A stretch of 64,000 nucleotides of DNA from Thermoplasmata archaeon. Its GTDB lineage: Archaea > Thermoplasmatota > Thermoplasmata > Lutacidiplasmatales > UBA184. Position numbers and translations under genes: made by a program. Every line of letters starts with the position of its first letter. Position 1 is the stretch's first letter. This document shows, piece by piece, positions 52,849-61,512 of this stretch. Under the pieces are notes generated by a model. The model was given only the letters and a program-made list of their open reading frames with translations. It was not told where the DNA came from and ran no database searches. The stretch is from NCBI GenBank assembly GCA_035504595.1, contig DATJRQ010000008.1, positions 28,065 to 92,064 on the forward strand. Direction: 5' to 3'.

Positions 52849-53616
52849 CTACGCGTCGGGTCGGCGCACCCACGCGCGGGTCGTCGTCAGCGGGACGAAG
52901 CCGAGCTTCTCCAGGATCGGTCGGCTCGTTTCTCGCGCGTCCACCGTGACGTACCGGTACCCGAGGTCGCGTGCGATCGTGGCCCGCGCCGCGACCGTGG
53001 CACGATAGGCGCCGCGATTGCGGAACTGCGGCACGGTGCCGCCGCCGAACAGGCCCGCGAACGACCGGTCGCGCGCGAGGTCGAGACGACCCGAGCAGGC
53101 CGCCGTTCCTTCCACATACGCGACCACGAACCGTTGGGTCGGGTCCTGCCACAATCTCTCCCATCGCTCGAACGCCCACGGGTCCTCCCCCTCGAAGGCG
53201 ACCCGATTCGCTTCCCAGGCGTCCTTGAGCTGGTCCCGGGTCTGGACCTCGCGGACCTCGACCCCGGGGCCCGGCGGCGCGCCCGGGGTCCCCTGGGTGA
53301 GGTCGTAGACGACGAGCGTCTCCGGCTCGTCGGGAACGAACTTCTCGGCGGCCAGGATCTCCTCCATCTCAGCCGGACGGTCGTGGCCGTAGCGCTTCCA
53401 CTCGAACTCGACGCCCTGGGACCGGAAGTACGCCACCTGTTCCGCGACCACGCGCCGCGCGTTCGATGCGTCCAGCGCCGCGTAGAGGACGATGTTCTCG
53501 ACCCCCACGAGGCGCACGACGGGGCCGTCGTGCTCGACCCGCACCCCGTCGAAGACGGGCGGGTCGATCCGAAGCTCGCGGTCGAAGCGCGCGAGCACCT
53601 CGTCTCGGTCGATCAC
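52849..53616 (-). CDS. GNAT family N-acetyltransferase (two-lobed)
   Basis: GGGTVPQFRNRGAYRATVAA acetyl-CoA motif. GTG start. Confidence 0.8.
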   Translation of the reverse strand: MIDRDEVLARFDRELRIDPPVFDGVRVEHDGPVVRLVGVENIVLYAALDASNARRVVAEQVAYFRSQGVEFEWKRYGHDRPAEMEEILAAEKFVPDEPETLVVYDLTQGTPGAPPGPGVEVREVQTRDQLKDAWEANRVAFEGEDPWAFERWERLWQDPTQRFVVAYVEGTAACSGRLDLARDRSFAGLFGGGTVPQFRNRGAYRATVAARATIARDLGYRYVTVDARETSRPILEKLGFVPLTTTRAWVRRPDA

Positions 53617-53675
53617 GGTCGTGTACTGTGCGGACCCGTCGGGTCCATATGGGTTGCGGTCGCCATTCTACTTCC

Positions 53676-54356
53676 ATGCTCGACCGCGAGGACGAGCCTT
53701 CGGCCCGTGCCGACCCCAAGTGGGTCGTGCGCGAGGGGTGGAACCGGGTCTCGACGATCTATCGACCTCCTCGCTCCCGGGCCGATGCGTTCGAGCACAC
53801 GAGCTCCGACTACCGCGAGTGGCTCGCCCCGTTCTTCCGCATGCTCCGCCCCGGCGCCGAGGTGCTCGACCTCGGGTGCGGCTGCGGCACCCCCGCCACC
53901 CGGATGCTCGCCCAGCGGTTCCGGGTGACCGGCGTCGACATCTCCGACGTTCAGATCGAGCGCGCGCGCAGCACCGTTCCGACCGGAAGGTTCGTGCGGG
54001 GGGACATGACCGAGGTCTCCTTCACGCGCGAAGCGTTCGGCGGGGTCGCGTGCCTCTACGCGCTGATCCACGTCCCGCTCGGCGAACAGCCGTCCCTGAT
54101 CGGAAAGGTGCACCGGTGGCTCGAGCCGGGGGGCCTCTTTCTTGTGACCACGGGGGCCACGGCGCGTACCGAGGTCGTGAAGGGGTGGCTCGGGTCGAAC
54201 GCGCCGATGTACTGGAGTCACGCGGACGCCCGGACGTACCAGCAGTGGTTCGTCGAGCGCGGCTTTCGCGTCCTCCGTCGCACGCTGGTGCCGGAACCCG
54301 GGGCGAAGCACGTGCTGTTCCTTCTGCAGAAGCCGCCGCCCGCGGCGCCGAAGTAG
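53676..54356 (+). CDS. Class I SAM-dependent methyltransferase
   Basis: ATG at 53676 inside ORF 53466..54356. Motif I VLDLGCGCGTP, then GVDIS and LEPGGLFLV. Confidence 0.88.
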   Translation: MLDREDEPSARADPKWVVREGWNRVSTIYRPPRSRADAFEHTSSDYREWLAPFFRMLRPGAEVLDLGCGCGTPATRMLAQRFRVTGVDISDVQIERARSTVPTGRFVRGDMTEVSFTREAFGGVACLYALIHVPLGEQPSLIGKVHRWLEPGGLFLVTTGATARTEVVKGWLGSNAPMYWSHADARTYQQWFVERGFRVLRRTLVPEPGAKHVLFLLQKPPPAAPK

Positions 54357-54461
54357 CGCCTCCGGGCGGCAGCGCGGTGGGCGGGCAAAGTAGAATCTAG
54401 GCGAACGCGATGCCGAACCGCCAGGCGGCACCCCGCGGGGGGGGCGCCTCCGCGGGGGTCG

Positions 54462-54869
54462 ATGCCCGAGGGCGACACGGTCCGTACGGCGTTGAAGTTC
54501 GTTAACGAGATCAATCGCCACGACATCGACAGCATCCTCGCCCTGATCGCCGACGACTACCTGTTCACCGACTCGCTCGGCCAGGAGGTCCGCGGCAAGG
54601 AGCGCGCCCGGGAAGGATGGGCCGCGTACCTCGCGTTGTTCCCGGACTACCATATCGGGATCAAGGAGTGGTTCCAGAACGGCCGCGTCGTCAGCCTGGT
54701 CGGCGTTGCGAGCGGGACCTACGCGGTCCGGGGGACCCTCCCCTCCGAGAACCGCTGGAAGACCCCCGCGGCGTGGCGCGTGGTCGTCCGCGACAACCAG
54801 GTCGTGCAGTGGCAGGTGTTCGCCGACCAGGAACCGGTGTGGAAGGTCATGGGCGTGAAGCGCACCTGA
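54462..54869 (+). CDS. SnoaL-like / NTF2-fold protein
   Basis: FVNEINRHDIDSILALIADDYLF.D plus the size fit the SnoaL_2 pattern. Confidence 0.75.
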   Translation: MPEGDTVRTALKFVNEINRHDIDSILALIADDYLFTDSLGQEVRGKERAREGWAAYLALFPDYHIGIKEWFQNGRVVSLVGVASGTYAVRGTLPSENRWKTPAAWRVVVRDNQVVQWQVFADQEPVWKVMGVKRT

Positions 54870-54875
54870 CCTCCC

Positions 54876-55616
54876 CTACGACAGCACGCCGCGCCGGTCC
54901 AGCTCCGCGAGGATCGACCCCAGCTCCTCCTCGACCTCGACGCGCTCACCCCAGCGACGGAAGTACCGGTCGAACGTCCGAAGCCCATGACCGAGGGCGT
55001 CCTTCGCCTTCTGGAGGCGGACCCAGGGCGGCATGCCCAGCCGGTCGACCCGGACCGCCTGGCCGAGGTCGATGATCCACGGCTCGCGGTGGTGGTACAG
55101 GACGTTGAACGGGCTCAGGTCCGTGTGGACCACACCCGACTCCGCGAGCCGGCGGACCTGCTCGAGCACGCGGGTCCGGAACTGCTCGGGGTCGTGCGGT
55201 TCGACGTCGCTCATCCGCGGGGCGGGCTCGCGACCGTCCCCGACCAGCTCCATCGAGAACATGTTCTCGACACGGCGGCCCGGTTCCGGCACCCGCGTCC
55301 CCCCTCGCCACGCGAGGGTGAGCATCTCGATCTCGTGGCCGGACTGGTGGCCCATCGATTCCTGCTTGAGCGCGCCGCCGCCCCGGTGGCTGGTGCGGTA
55401 CAGGCGGTACACCTTCACGGCGACCGGGATCGACCCGTCGACGCAGGCGAAGACGTCGGCCTCCTTGCCGGAGCCGATCTTGCGAAGCACCTCGGTCGCG
55501 ATGCCGCACGCGAGGATCGCTTCCGCGGTCTCGGCGTAGCGAGGCTCGGAGAACGAGGCGGTACCGGACCGGACCTTCCAGTGTACACTGGAGTCGAGGT
55601 AGTGGTTGTTCGGCAC
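54876..55616 (-). CDS. RIO-type serine/threonine protein kinase
   Basis: ATP loop IGSGKEADVF, catalytic VHTDLSPFNVL and metal-binding IIDLGQAV. GTG start. Confidence 0.88.
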   Translation of the reverse strand: MPNNHYLDSSVHWKVRSGTASFSEPRYAETAEAILACGIATEVLRKIGSGKEADVFACVDGSIPVAVKVYRLYRTSHRGGGALKQESMGHQSGHEIEMLTLAWRGGTRVPEPGRRVENMFSMELVGDGREPAPRMSDVEPHDPEQFRTRVLEQVRRLAESGVVHTDLSPFNVLYHHREPWIIDLGQAVRVDRLGMPPWVRLQKAKDALGHGLRTFDRYFRRWGERVEVEEELGSILAELDRRGVLS

Positions 55617-55816
55617 GCTGTGCGGTGGTGGTTCGGGACCTTGCGGTTCGGTCGGCGTCCGGGCCGGCTCCGGTGCCGGGGCGAGAGAACGGGTGTTCAG
55701 TCGGTCCCCGGCGGTTGCGAAACGTCGACACTGCTCATCGTCCGGGAACCTCCTGGCCGCACGGGCCGGTCCCTCCCACGCGCTCGGAGGTATCTATACT
55801 CTCGCGCGGCGCGCCC

Positions 55817-56872
55817 CTACCGGCCTTGGGGCACGCCGATCCACCGCTGCATCCGGTGGAGATTGTCGAGGGTCCCGACCACGATGAGCGCGTCCGTGGG
55901 CTGAAATCGGAAGGTGGACGGCGGATTCAGGACCGTCGTGTACTCCCCGTCGGGCTGCCGACGGGCGTAGCCGATCACGATGCAGTCGGTCGCTTTCCGG
56001 ACCGTCGATTCGACTTCGGGGAGCGTCTGGGTCGAGATCGGGGTCGTGGCGGTCAGGATGAACTCCTCCATGTCCGCGCCGTACGCGGTGCTCGTGAGGT
56101 CCTCGACCATGTTCGCGACCTCGGGTCGGAACGCGGCATCGGCGCACAGCCGTCCCCCCATGTCCGCCGGCGAGGCGACGTACGTCACGCCGGCCGCTTT
56201 CAGTGTCTGCTTCAGCTCCGGCCGTCCCACCGAGACGACGATCCGGATCTGGGGGTTCATCGCGCGCACGTTGAGCGCCGCGACGAGCGTGGTGGTATCC
56301 TCACCGGTGGAAACGATCACCGAGTGCGCCACGGGGATGTTCACGCGCTTCAGGATCTCGGGGTCGCCGGGCGGACCGTACGTCACGAACAGTCGCTTGT
56401 CGTTCGCGAGGTTGTGGATCGTCGGCACTTCGGAGGCGATCTCGGTGACGATCGCGACCTTCTGGTCGTCCGCCAGGAGCTCGCGGACCGCGGCCTGGCC
56501 GACCGCGGAGTAGCCAAGCACGACGATATGGTCCTTGAAGTCCGTCCCGAGCGTCCCGAGCAGCCGGTGCTGCGCTGTCTCCTGCACCACGGAAATGACC
56601 ACGGACACCAAGTACGCGGTGAGGAAAACCTCGACGGCCGCGATTCCGGTGACGAACAGCCGGGCGTCCGGGTTGTTCGGGGTGATATCCCCATACCCGA
56701 TGGTCGAGAGGGTGATCATCGCCCAGTAGAACGAGTTCAGCACGTCATTCCAGCCGCTGTACGACTCGAGGACGTAGAACCCGACGGCCGCGACCACGAG
56801 CACCGCCGCGTACGCGGCGAGGAACTTCCACAGGCGACGCAGCAGGAGTCGAGTGTACGCGAAGTGGACCAT
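55817..56872 (-). CDS. 2-TM potassium channel with a cytoplasmic RCK/TrkA domain (MthK-like)
   Basis: Selectivity filter TLSTIGYGD. RCK NAD-fold IVVLGYSAVGQAAV. Confidence 0.92.
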   Translation of the reverse strand: MVHFAYTRLLLRRLWKFLAAYAAVLVVAAVGFYVLESYSGWNDVLNSFYWAMITLSTIGYGDITPNNPDARLFVTGIAAVEVFLTAYLVSVVISVVQETAQHRLLGTLGTDFKDHIVVLGYSAVGQAAVRELLADDQKVAIVTEIASEVPTIHNLANDKRLFVTYGPPGDPEILKRVNIPVAHSVIVSTGEDTTTLVAALNVRAMNPQIRIVVSVGRPELKQTLKAAGVTYVASPADMGGRLCADAAFRPEVANMVEDLTSTAYGADMEEFILTATTPISTQTLPEVESTVRKATDCIVIGYARRQPDGEYTTVLNPPSTFRFQPTDALIVVGTLDNLHRMQRWIGVPQGR

Positions 56873-56990
56873 ACGAGCCCGTCGCGCGCCAACGGAGCGG
56901 GGTTTCTAATCCCTTCGATGCGGCGGCGATTCCGGCGCGCGGAACGGGCGCGCACGCCGCCCCCTCCGGAGCCGGCGCGTGGCGCAATTG

Positions 56991-56998
56991 GTAAATAG
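56991..56998 (+). promoter_or_regulatory. TATA-like box (GTAAATAG) upstream of the RNA polymerase subunit K gene
   Basis: The only AT-rich element in the K-channel/rpoK divergent spacer. It argues against the GTG starts at 56979 and 57009. Confidence 0.4.
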
Positions 56999-57062
56999 GA
57001 AGCCCAGGGTGGCCGAGCCCTTGACGGCCGCGACGCCCCTCGCGGTCTCTGGGGTTCCGGAC

Positions 57063-57281
57063 GTGCCCGAGCATTCGGTCGCGACTCCCCTCGAGACCGG
57101 AGATTTCACTCGCTTCGAACGGGCGCGTATCCTGGGGGCGCGCGCCCTCCAGGTCTCCCTCGGTGCCCCGATCCTCATCGATGTGCTGCCGACCCTGGTG
57201 GACCCCGTCGAGATCGCCGAGGCGGAGTTTGCCGCGAATCGCATCCCGATCACGGTCCGGCGCGGACCGCGCTCGAGCTGA
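57063..57281 (+). CDS. rpoK: DNA-directed RNA polymerase subunit K (Rpo6)
   Basis: [25 protein letters not shown]....[21 protein letters not shown]. The start is uncertain: GTG 57063 is chosen, TTG 57021 is possible, and the ORF track begins at 56979. Confidence 0.85.
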   Translation: MPEHSVATPLETGDFTRFERARILGARALQVSLGAPILIDVLPTLVDPVEIAEAEFAANRIPITVRRGPRSS

Positions 57282-57287
57282 TCGGCG

Positions 57288-58082
57288 TTAGATCCCCGCG
57301 TCGTCCAGCGCGTGAGCGCACCGGCAGGTCGGTGCCGTCGCGAGCTTCGGAACGAGGGCGGCCAGGATCCGCCGCATTCGCTCGGCGTTCTTGTGCATCG
57401 TCTCGACGATCTCCCGTGCTTCGACCGGCCGGTCCGCCCAGACGTCGTAGTCGGTGACCATGGCGAGGCAGGCATAGCACGTCGCGCGCTCGCGGGCGAG
57501 AGTCACCTCGGGCACCAGCGTCATCCCGATGATATCGGCGAACGACCGGAAGTACGCCGACTCGGCGCGCGTGCTGAAGCGCGGCCCCTCGACGCAGACG
57601 TACGTCTTCCCCTCGACGAACGGCGACCCGACGTCGAGCCCCACGGTGCGGGCCGTCGCGAGCACGTCGGGACAGAACGGGTCGGCGAGCGACACGTGGA
57701 ACACCTTCCCCCCGTCGAAGAACGTCGTCGGCCGCTGCTTCGTGAAGTCGACGAACTGGGACGGCAGCACGAACGTTCCGGGGGAGAGCTCTTCCTTCAG
57801 CGACCCGACGGAGCTCGCGGTCACGATCGCGTCCGCGCCCAGGGTGTGCAGGGCTTCGATGTTCGCGCGGTAGTTCACCCGGTGCGGAGGGATCGTGTGA
57901 CCCGGCCCGTGGCGCGGCAGGAACAGCACGCGAACGCCCGCAACCTCGCCCTCCTCGATCGGTGCCGACGGGGCGCCCCAGGGCGTGGAAACGCGGTGCG
58001 AGAGCCGGTCCCCCTCGTCGAAGATGCCGGCGATGCCCGAGCCACCGATGACGCCGATCGTCGAGCGGCGACCGTTCTTCAC
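57288..58082 (-). CDS. mtnP: S-methyl-5'-thioadenosine phosphorylase
   Basis: IGVIGGSG, FLPRHG..H.IPPH.VNYRANI, EGPRFST.AES and MT.VPE. GTG start in a GTGA overlap with the translin gene stop. Confidence 0.92.
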   Translation of the reverse strand: MKNGRRSTIGVIGGSGIAGIFDEGDRLSHRVSTPWGAPSAPIEEGEVAGVRVLFLPRHGPGHTIPPHRVNYRANIEALHTLGADAIVTASSVGSLKEELSPGTFVLPSQFVDFTKQRPTTFFDGGKVFHVSLADPFCPDVLATARTVGLDVGSPFVEGKTYVCVEGPRFSTRAESAYFRSFADIIGMTLVPEVTLARERATCYACLAMVTDYDVWADRPVEAREIVETMHKNAERMRRILAALVPKLATAPTCRCAHALDDAGI

Positions 58083-58735
58083 GGCGCCTCGGAAGACGAG
58101 CCAACGCCCGGGCGGGCCCGGGACAGGAACCGTGCCATCACGACCTCGCCCCGCGTGCGTTCGAGCAGCGCCCGGGCCGTATCTTGCTTCGGTTTCAACT
58201 GGACGATCGCCCGGGTCGTGTCGAACCGCAGGAGCGAGCGGGTGAGCCGTTCCATGAGCGCCAGATCGGCCTCGGCGCCGACGAGGTCGTCGCGGCCGAG
58301 CCGGTCGAGGACGCGACGGCGCACTTCGCCGATCACGTCCCCGAGCCCGAGGAGATACGGCTCGGGGTCGACTCCGATCTCCGACGGGCCCGGGAGCGAC
58401 GTCCCGTCCGCGATCGCTCCGAGCAGGATCGCCTCGACCGCTTCCTGGAGCGCGTCGAGGGCGAGGGGCTCGTCGCCGCGGCCCTCGCGCTTGAGCCAGT
58501 CGGCGAGCTCGGCGGTGAGCCGCCGGATCTCCGCGATCTCGGGCGCCGCGGACCCGTTCGAGTGAAGGTGGGTCATCGTCGCCTGGGAGAGCCGACGCAG
58601 GCGACGCGCCCGCTGAAAGAGGTCCTCGCGCCGAAGCTCCCGCTGCCGCAGATGGGCCTCGATCGAGAGGAGGACCGTGTCGGGCACCCCGGGCAGCGCT
58701 CTATCGGAAGAGGGTGAACCGCTGGTCATCGTCAC
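58079..58735 (-). CDS. Translin family protein
   Basis: Helical protein with the LLGLGDVIGEVRRRVLD motif (D..GE..R), characteristic of translin/TRAX. Confidence 0.8.
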   Translation of the reverse strand: MTMTSGSPSSDRALPGVPDTVLLSIEAHLRQRELRREDLFQRARRLRRLSQATMTHLHSNGSAAPEIAEIRRLTAELADWLKREGRGDEPLALDALQEAVEAILLGAIADGTSLPGPSEIGVDPEPYLLGLGDVIGEVRRRVLDRLGRDDLVGAEADLALMERLTRSLLRFDTTRAIVQLKPKQDTARALLERTRGEVVMARFLSRARPGVGSSSEAP

Positions 58736-58985
58736 CCCCGTCGAGGATTCCCAGGCGAACCCCCGCGTCGAGCCAGCCGTGCGCGTAGCTCGCGGCGGCG
58801 AGCGCGCGTTCGTCGTCCCCTGCCGCGGAAAAATGCTCCGCGTCCGTGAGGTACGCGCGGGCCATCGCGAGGAAGTCGTCCGAGGCGCCCCGCAGGAACG
58901 AGCGCTCCGGCGGAGCGGCGCGGACGCGCTCGAGCGCCTCGTGGGTGAGGCGAAGGTACTTCTCGAGCAGCGTCCCGTCGGCCAC
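58701..58985 (-). CDS. DUF357 domain protein
   Basis: YLTDAEHF...GD...ALAAASYAHGWLDAGVRLGIL. GTG start with ATTAAT about 30 nt upstream. Overlaps the translin start by 35 nt. Confidence 0.8.
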   Translation of the reverse strand: MADGTLLEKYLRLTHEALERVRAAPPERSFLRGASDDFLAMARAYLTDAEHFSAAGDDERALAAASYAHGWLDAGVRLGILDGGDDDQRFTLFR

Positions 58986-59033
58986 GGCGCCGGCCGCTAA
59001 CCGCGGGTCCGAATTAATCCGGCGGTCGCTTCC

Positions 59034-59678
59034 CTACTTGGGGACCTTCTCCCAGTCCTTCAGGAACCGGGCCAGTCCGAGGTCAGTAAGCGGGTGCTGG
59101 ACGAGCTTCTCCATGACGGTGTACGGCATCGTGGCGATGTCGGCCCCGATCTTCGCCGCTTCGAGCACGTGCACGGGGTGGCGCACGCTCGCGACGAGCA
59201 CCTGGGTACGGGAGGAGTAGTTCCGGTAGATCTGGACGATGTCGCGGATCAGGTCCATCCCATCCTGGCCCTGGTCGTCCAAGCGGCCGATGAACGGACT
59301 CACGTAGGCTGCGCCGACCTTCGAGGCGAGGAGCGCCTGGTTCGCGCTGAAGACGAGGGTCATGTTCACGCGCGTCCCCTCCTTGGCGAGCGTCTTGGTC
59401 GCCTTGAGGCCGTTCGCGGTCATCGGGACCTTGACGTAGATCGACGGGTGGATCTCGCGGAGGTGGCGGCCCTCGCGCAGCATCCCGTCGACGTCGGTCG
59501 CGACGACCTCCGCCGACACGCTGGGGACGCCGAGCGCACATACCTCGCGCAGGACGTCCTCGAACTTCCGGCCCTCCTTTGCGACCAGCGTCGGATTGGT
59601 GGTGACCCCATCGAGGATCCCGGTCTCCCACATCGTTCGGATCTCGGTCACGCTCGCGGTATCGAGGAACAGCTGCAT
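59034..59678 (-). CDS. tal: Short-type transaldolase / fructose-6-phosphate aldolase
   Basis: MQLFLDTA...I......[11 protein letters not shown], Schiff-base lysine context IYVKVPMT, and [22 protein letters not shown]. Confidence 0.93.
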   Translation of the reverse strand: MQLFLDTASVTEIRTMWETGILDGVTTNPTLVAKEGRKFEDVLREVCALGVPSVSAEVVATDVDGMLREGRHLREIHPSIYVKVPMTANGLKATKTLAKEGTRVNMTLVFSANQALLASKVGAAYVSPFIGRLDDQGQDGMDLIRDIVQIYRNYSSRTQVLVASVRHPVHVLEAAKIGADIATMPYTVMEKLVQHPLTDLGLARFLKDWEKVPK

Positions 59679-59710
59679 CGATCGTTGCCTCCGGTACGGG
59701 TGCGAACGGG

Positions 59711-60631
59711 CTACGAACCCTTGGCTTTTGAGGAGTGTCCCCGCCTCGCCGCCGGGGCACTCCTCGGTTCCGGCGGGGCGAGCTGGGGGATCAGCGAGCG
59801 CAGGGTGGCAAGGTCCTCGGCATACCGCGCGTAGCTGTCGTCCTCGAGCGGCGTCTCAAGATATCCGGGGATGCGGTCCCAGGTCGCGTCGGTCACCAGG
59901 TGTCGGAATCCCTCGAGGCCGATCTGGCCCTTGCCGATGTTCTCGTGCCGATCCAGGTGCGAGCCGAGGTCGGCCTTCGCGTCGTTCAGATGGAACGCCC
60001 GCACCGTCTCGAGTCCGATCGTGTCCCGTACCCGGTCGAGGAATCGCCCGTACTGCTCGTCGGTCCGGAAGTCGACCCCGGACGCGAACAAGTGGCAGGT
60101 GTCGATCGTGACGCCCAGCCGGTCGGGACGGTCGACCAGCGCGAGCACGGTCTTCAACTGCTCGAAGGTCGAGCCGAGCGTCGTCCCCTGACCCGCGGCG
60201 TTCTCCAGCAGAAGTCGGACCTTCCCGTCCGGATGTTCGGCGAGCGCGCCGGTCAGGCTCTCGGCAATCGTCTTCAGGCCGGCCTCCTCGCCGGACTTGA
60301 CGTGCGCCCCGGGGTGGAAGATCAAGCCGTCCACGCCGAGGAGCTCGGCGCGCGCGATCTCGTCACGGAACGCCTTGCGAGATTGCACGAGCGTGAATTT
60401 CTTGGGGCTTGCGAGGTTCGCAAGATAGCCGTGGTGGACCGCGGTCGCGCGGACCCCCTCCTCGCGCACCGCCGCACGGAAAGCCTCGGCCGCCTCGGGC
60501 GCGACCGGCGGCCCCGCCCACATTTGGGGGCTCTTCGAGAATATCTGGAGCGCCTCGCCGTGGATCGCCGTGAGCTCCTTCACCGCCTGCGGGAGCCCGT
60601 CCGCGATCCCGAGGTGGGCGCCGAGCCACAT
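59711..60631 (-). CDS. nfo: Deoxyribonuclease IV (endonuclease IV)
   Basis: [42 protein letters not shown] and FHLNDAK. Confidence 0.92.
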   Translation of the reverse strand: MWLGAHLGIADGLPQAVKELTAIHGEALQIFSKSPQMWAGPPVAPEAAEAFRAAVREEGVRATAVHHGYLANLASPKKFTLVQSRKAFRDEIARAELLGVDGLIFHPGAHVKSGEEAGLKTIAESLTGALAEHPDGKVRLLLENAAGQGTTLGSTFEQLKTVLALVDRPDRLGVTIDTCHLFASGVDFRTDEQYGRFLDRVRDTIGLETVRAFHLNDAKADLGSHLDRHENIGKGQIGLEGFRHLVTDATWDRIPGYLETPLEDDSYARYAEDLATLRSLIPQLAPPEPRSAPAARRGHSSKAKGS

Positions 60632-60718
60632 CGCCGGGCGGACCGCGCGCGCAGGATTAGGCTATCGGCCGGGCCGACGGATTTAGTACCGGTCGCGCTC
60701 CCGGCGGTGGGGAGCCCC

Positions 60719-61282
60719 ATGGCCCGGTACGCTGCGCTGCTGCGCGCCGTGAACGTCGGCGGTGTGCTCGTGCCGATGGCCTCCCTCCGTGCCGTGGCGG
60801 AGACGGCCGGATACCGGGACGTCACCACCTTCCTCCAGTCGGGCAACCTCCTCTTCTCCGCGCCCGCCCAGCGGACCGCCTCCATCGAGCGGAAGCTCGA
60901 ACTCGCCACCGCCGCGGCGCTGGGGGTGACGACCGACTACCTCGTACGTACCGCCTCGGAGTGGCGCTCGGCGATCGGCGAGAACCCCTACGCGGACGAG
61001 GCTCGGGACTCCCCCGCCTACCTGCACGTGGTGTTCCTCAAGGGAGAACCCGCTCCGAACGCGGAGCCACGGCTCCGGGAAGCGATCCGCGAGCGGGAGC
61101 GTGCCCGCGTCATCGGACGCCACGCGTACGTCGTCTACCCCGACGGGGCCGGTCGCTCGAAGTTGACGCTGCGCGTCATCGAACGCGCCGTGGGGCAACG
61201 GGGGACGGCGCGGAACTGGAACACGGTGACGAAGATCGGCGCGCGGCTGCCCGGGAGTAACCACGCGGGAGAGGGAGGCTGA
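60719..61282 (+). CDS. DUF1697 domain protein
   Basis: ATG at 60719 inside ORF 59735..61282. MARYAALLRAVNVGG....MA.LR......G...V.TFLQSGNLLF. Confidence 0.85.
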   Translation: MARYAALLRAVNVGGVLVPMASLRAVAETAGYRDVTTFLQSGNLLFSAPAQRTASIERKLELATAAALGVTTDYLVRTASEWRSAIGENPYADEARDSPAYLHVVFLKGEPAPNAEPRLREAIRERERARVIGRHAYVVYPDGAGRSKLTLRVIERAVGQRGTARNWNTVTKIGARLPGSNHAGEGG

Positions 61283-61399
61283 CAGCTTTCCGCGTCTCCC
61301 GTAGGCTCGCGCACTTCAGTACTGCGCGGAACGCCAGCGGGCTTAACTGCCGGGTTCGGAATGGGACCGGGTGTTTCCCCGCCGCTTTGGCCGTCAGCC
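61277..61399 (-). rRNA. 5S ribosomal RNA, not linked to any 16S/23S gene in this window
   Basis: The minus strand reads GGCUGACGGCCAAAGCGGCGGGGAAACACCCGGUCCCAUUCCGAACCCGGCAGUUAAGCCCGCUGGCGUUCCGCGCAGUACUGAAGUGCGCGAGCCUACGGGAGACGCGGAAAGCUGUCAGCC. Helix I closes (GGCUGACGGC/GCUGUCAGCC with one G-U pair). The universal 5S blocks CCCAUUCCGAAC, GUUAAGC and AGUACU are present. Confidence 0.93.
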
Positions 61400-61420
61400 G
61401 AGCGGGCCGACGGGCGCCCG

Positions 61421-61428
61421 ATATTTAA
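61421..61428 (-). promoter_or_regulatory. TATA box (TTAAATAT on the minus strand) for the 5S rRNA gene; possibly shared with the divergent aminopeptidase gene
   Basis: Its 3' edge is 22 nt upstream of the predicted 5S 5' end (61399). It is the only AT-rich element in the spacer. Confidence 0.6.
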
Positions 61429-61512
61429 CAATGATTGGGCGGTGCCCGGTCCCCGGTACCGACCCTCCGCTCCAAAGGTTCTTCCCGAAGGGTGCATGGG
61501 GGGGCACAGTCG

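Noticed and set aside
50025-54400. Integrated mobile element or genomic island at tRNA-Gly.
   Set aside because: There is no integrase, no direct repeat of the tRNA 3' end within the following kilobases that I could see, and no change in base composition. The downstream genes are ordinary small enzymes and regulators.
54388-54461. 31-aa leaderless micro-ORF (ATG 54410) behind the AAAGTAGAATCTA element upstream of the SnoaL-like gene.
   Set aside because: The product is Gly/Arg/Ala-rich with no coding periodicity. The ATG is too close to the AT-rich element for a leaderless start.
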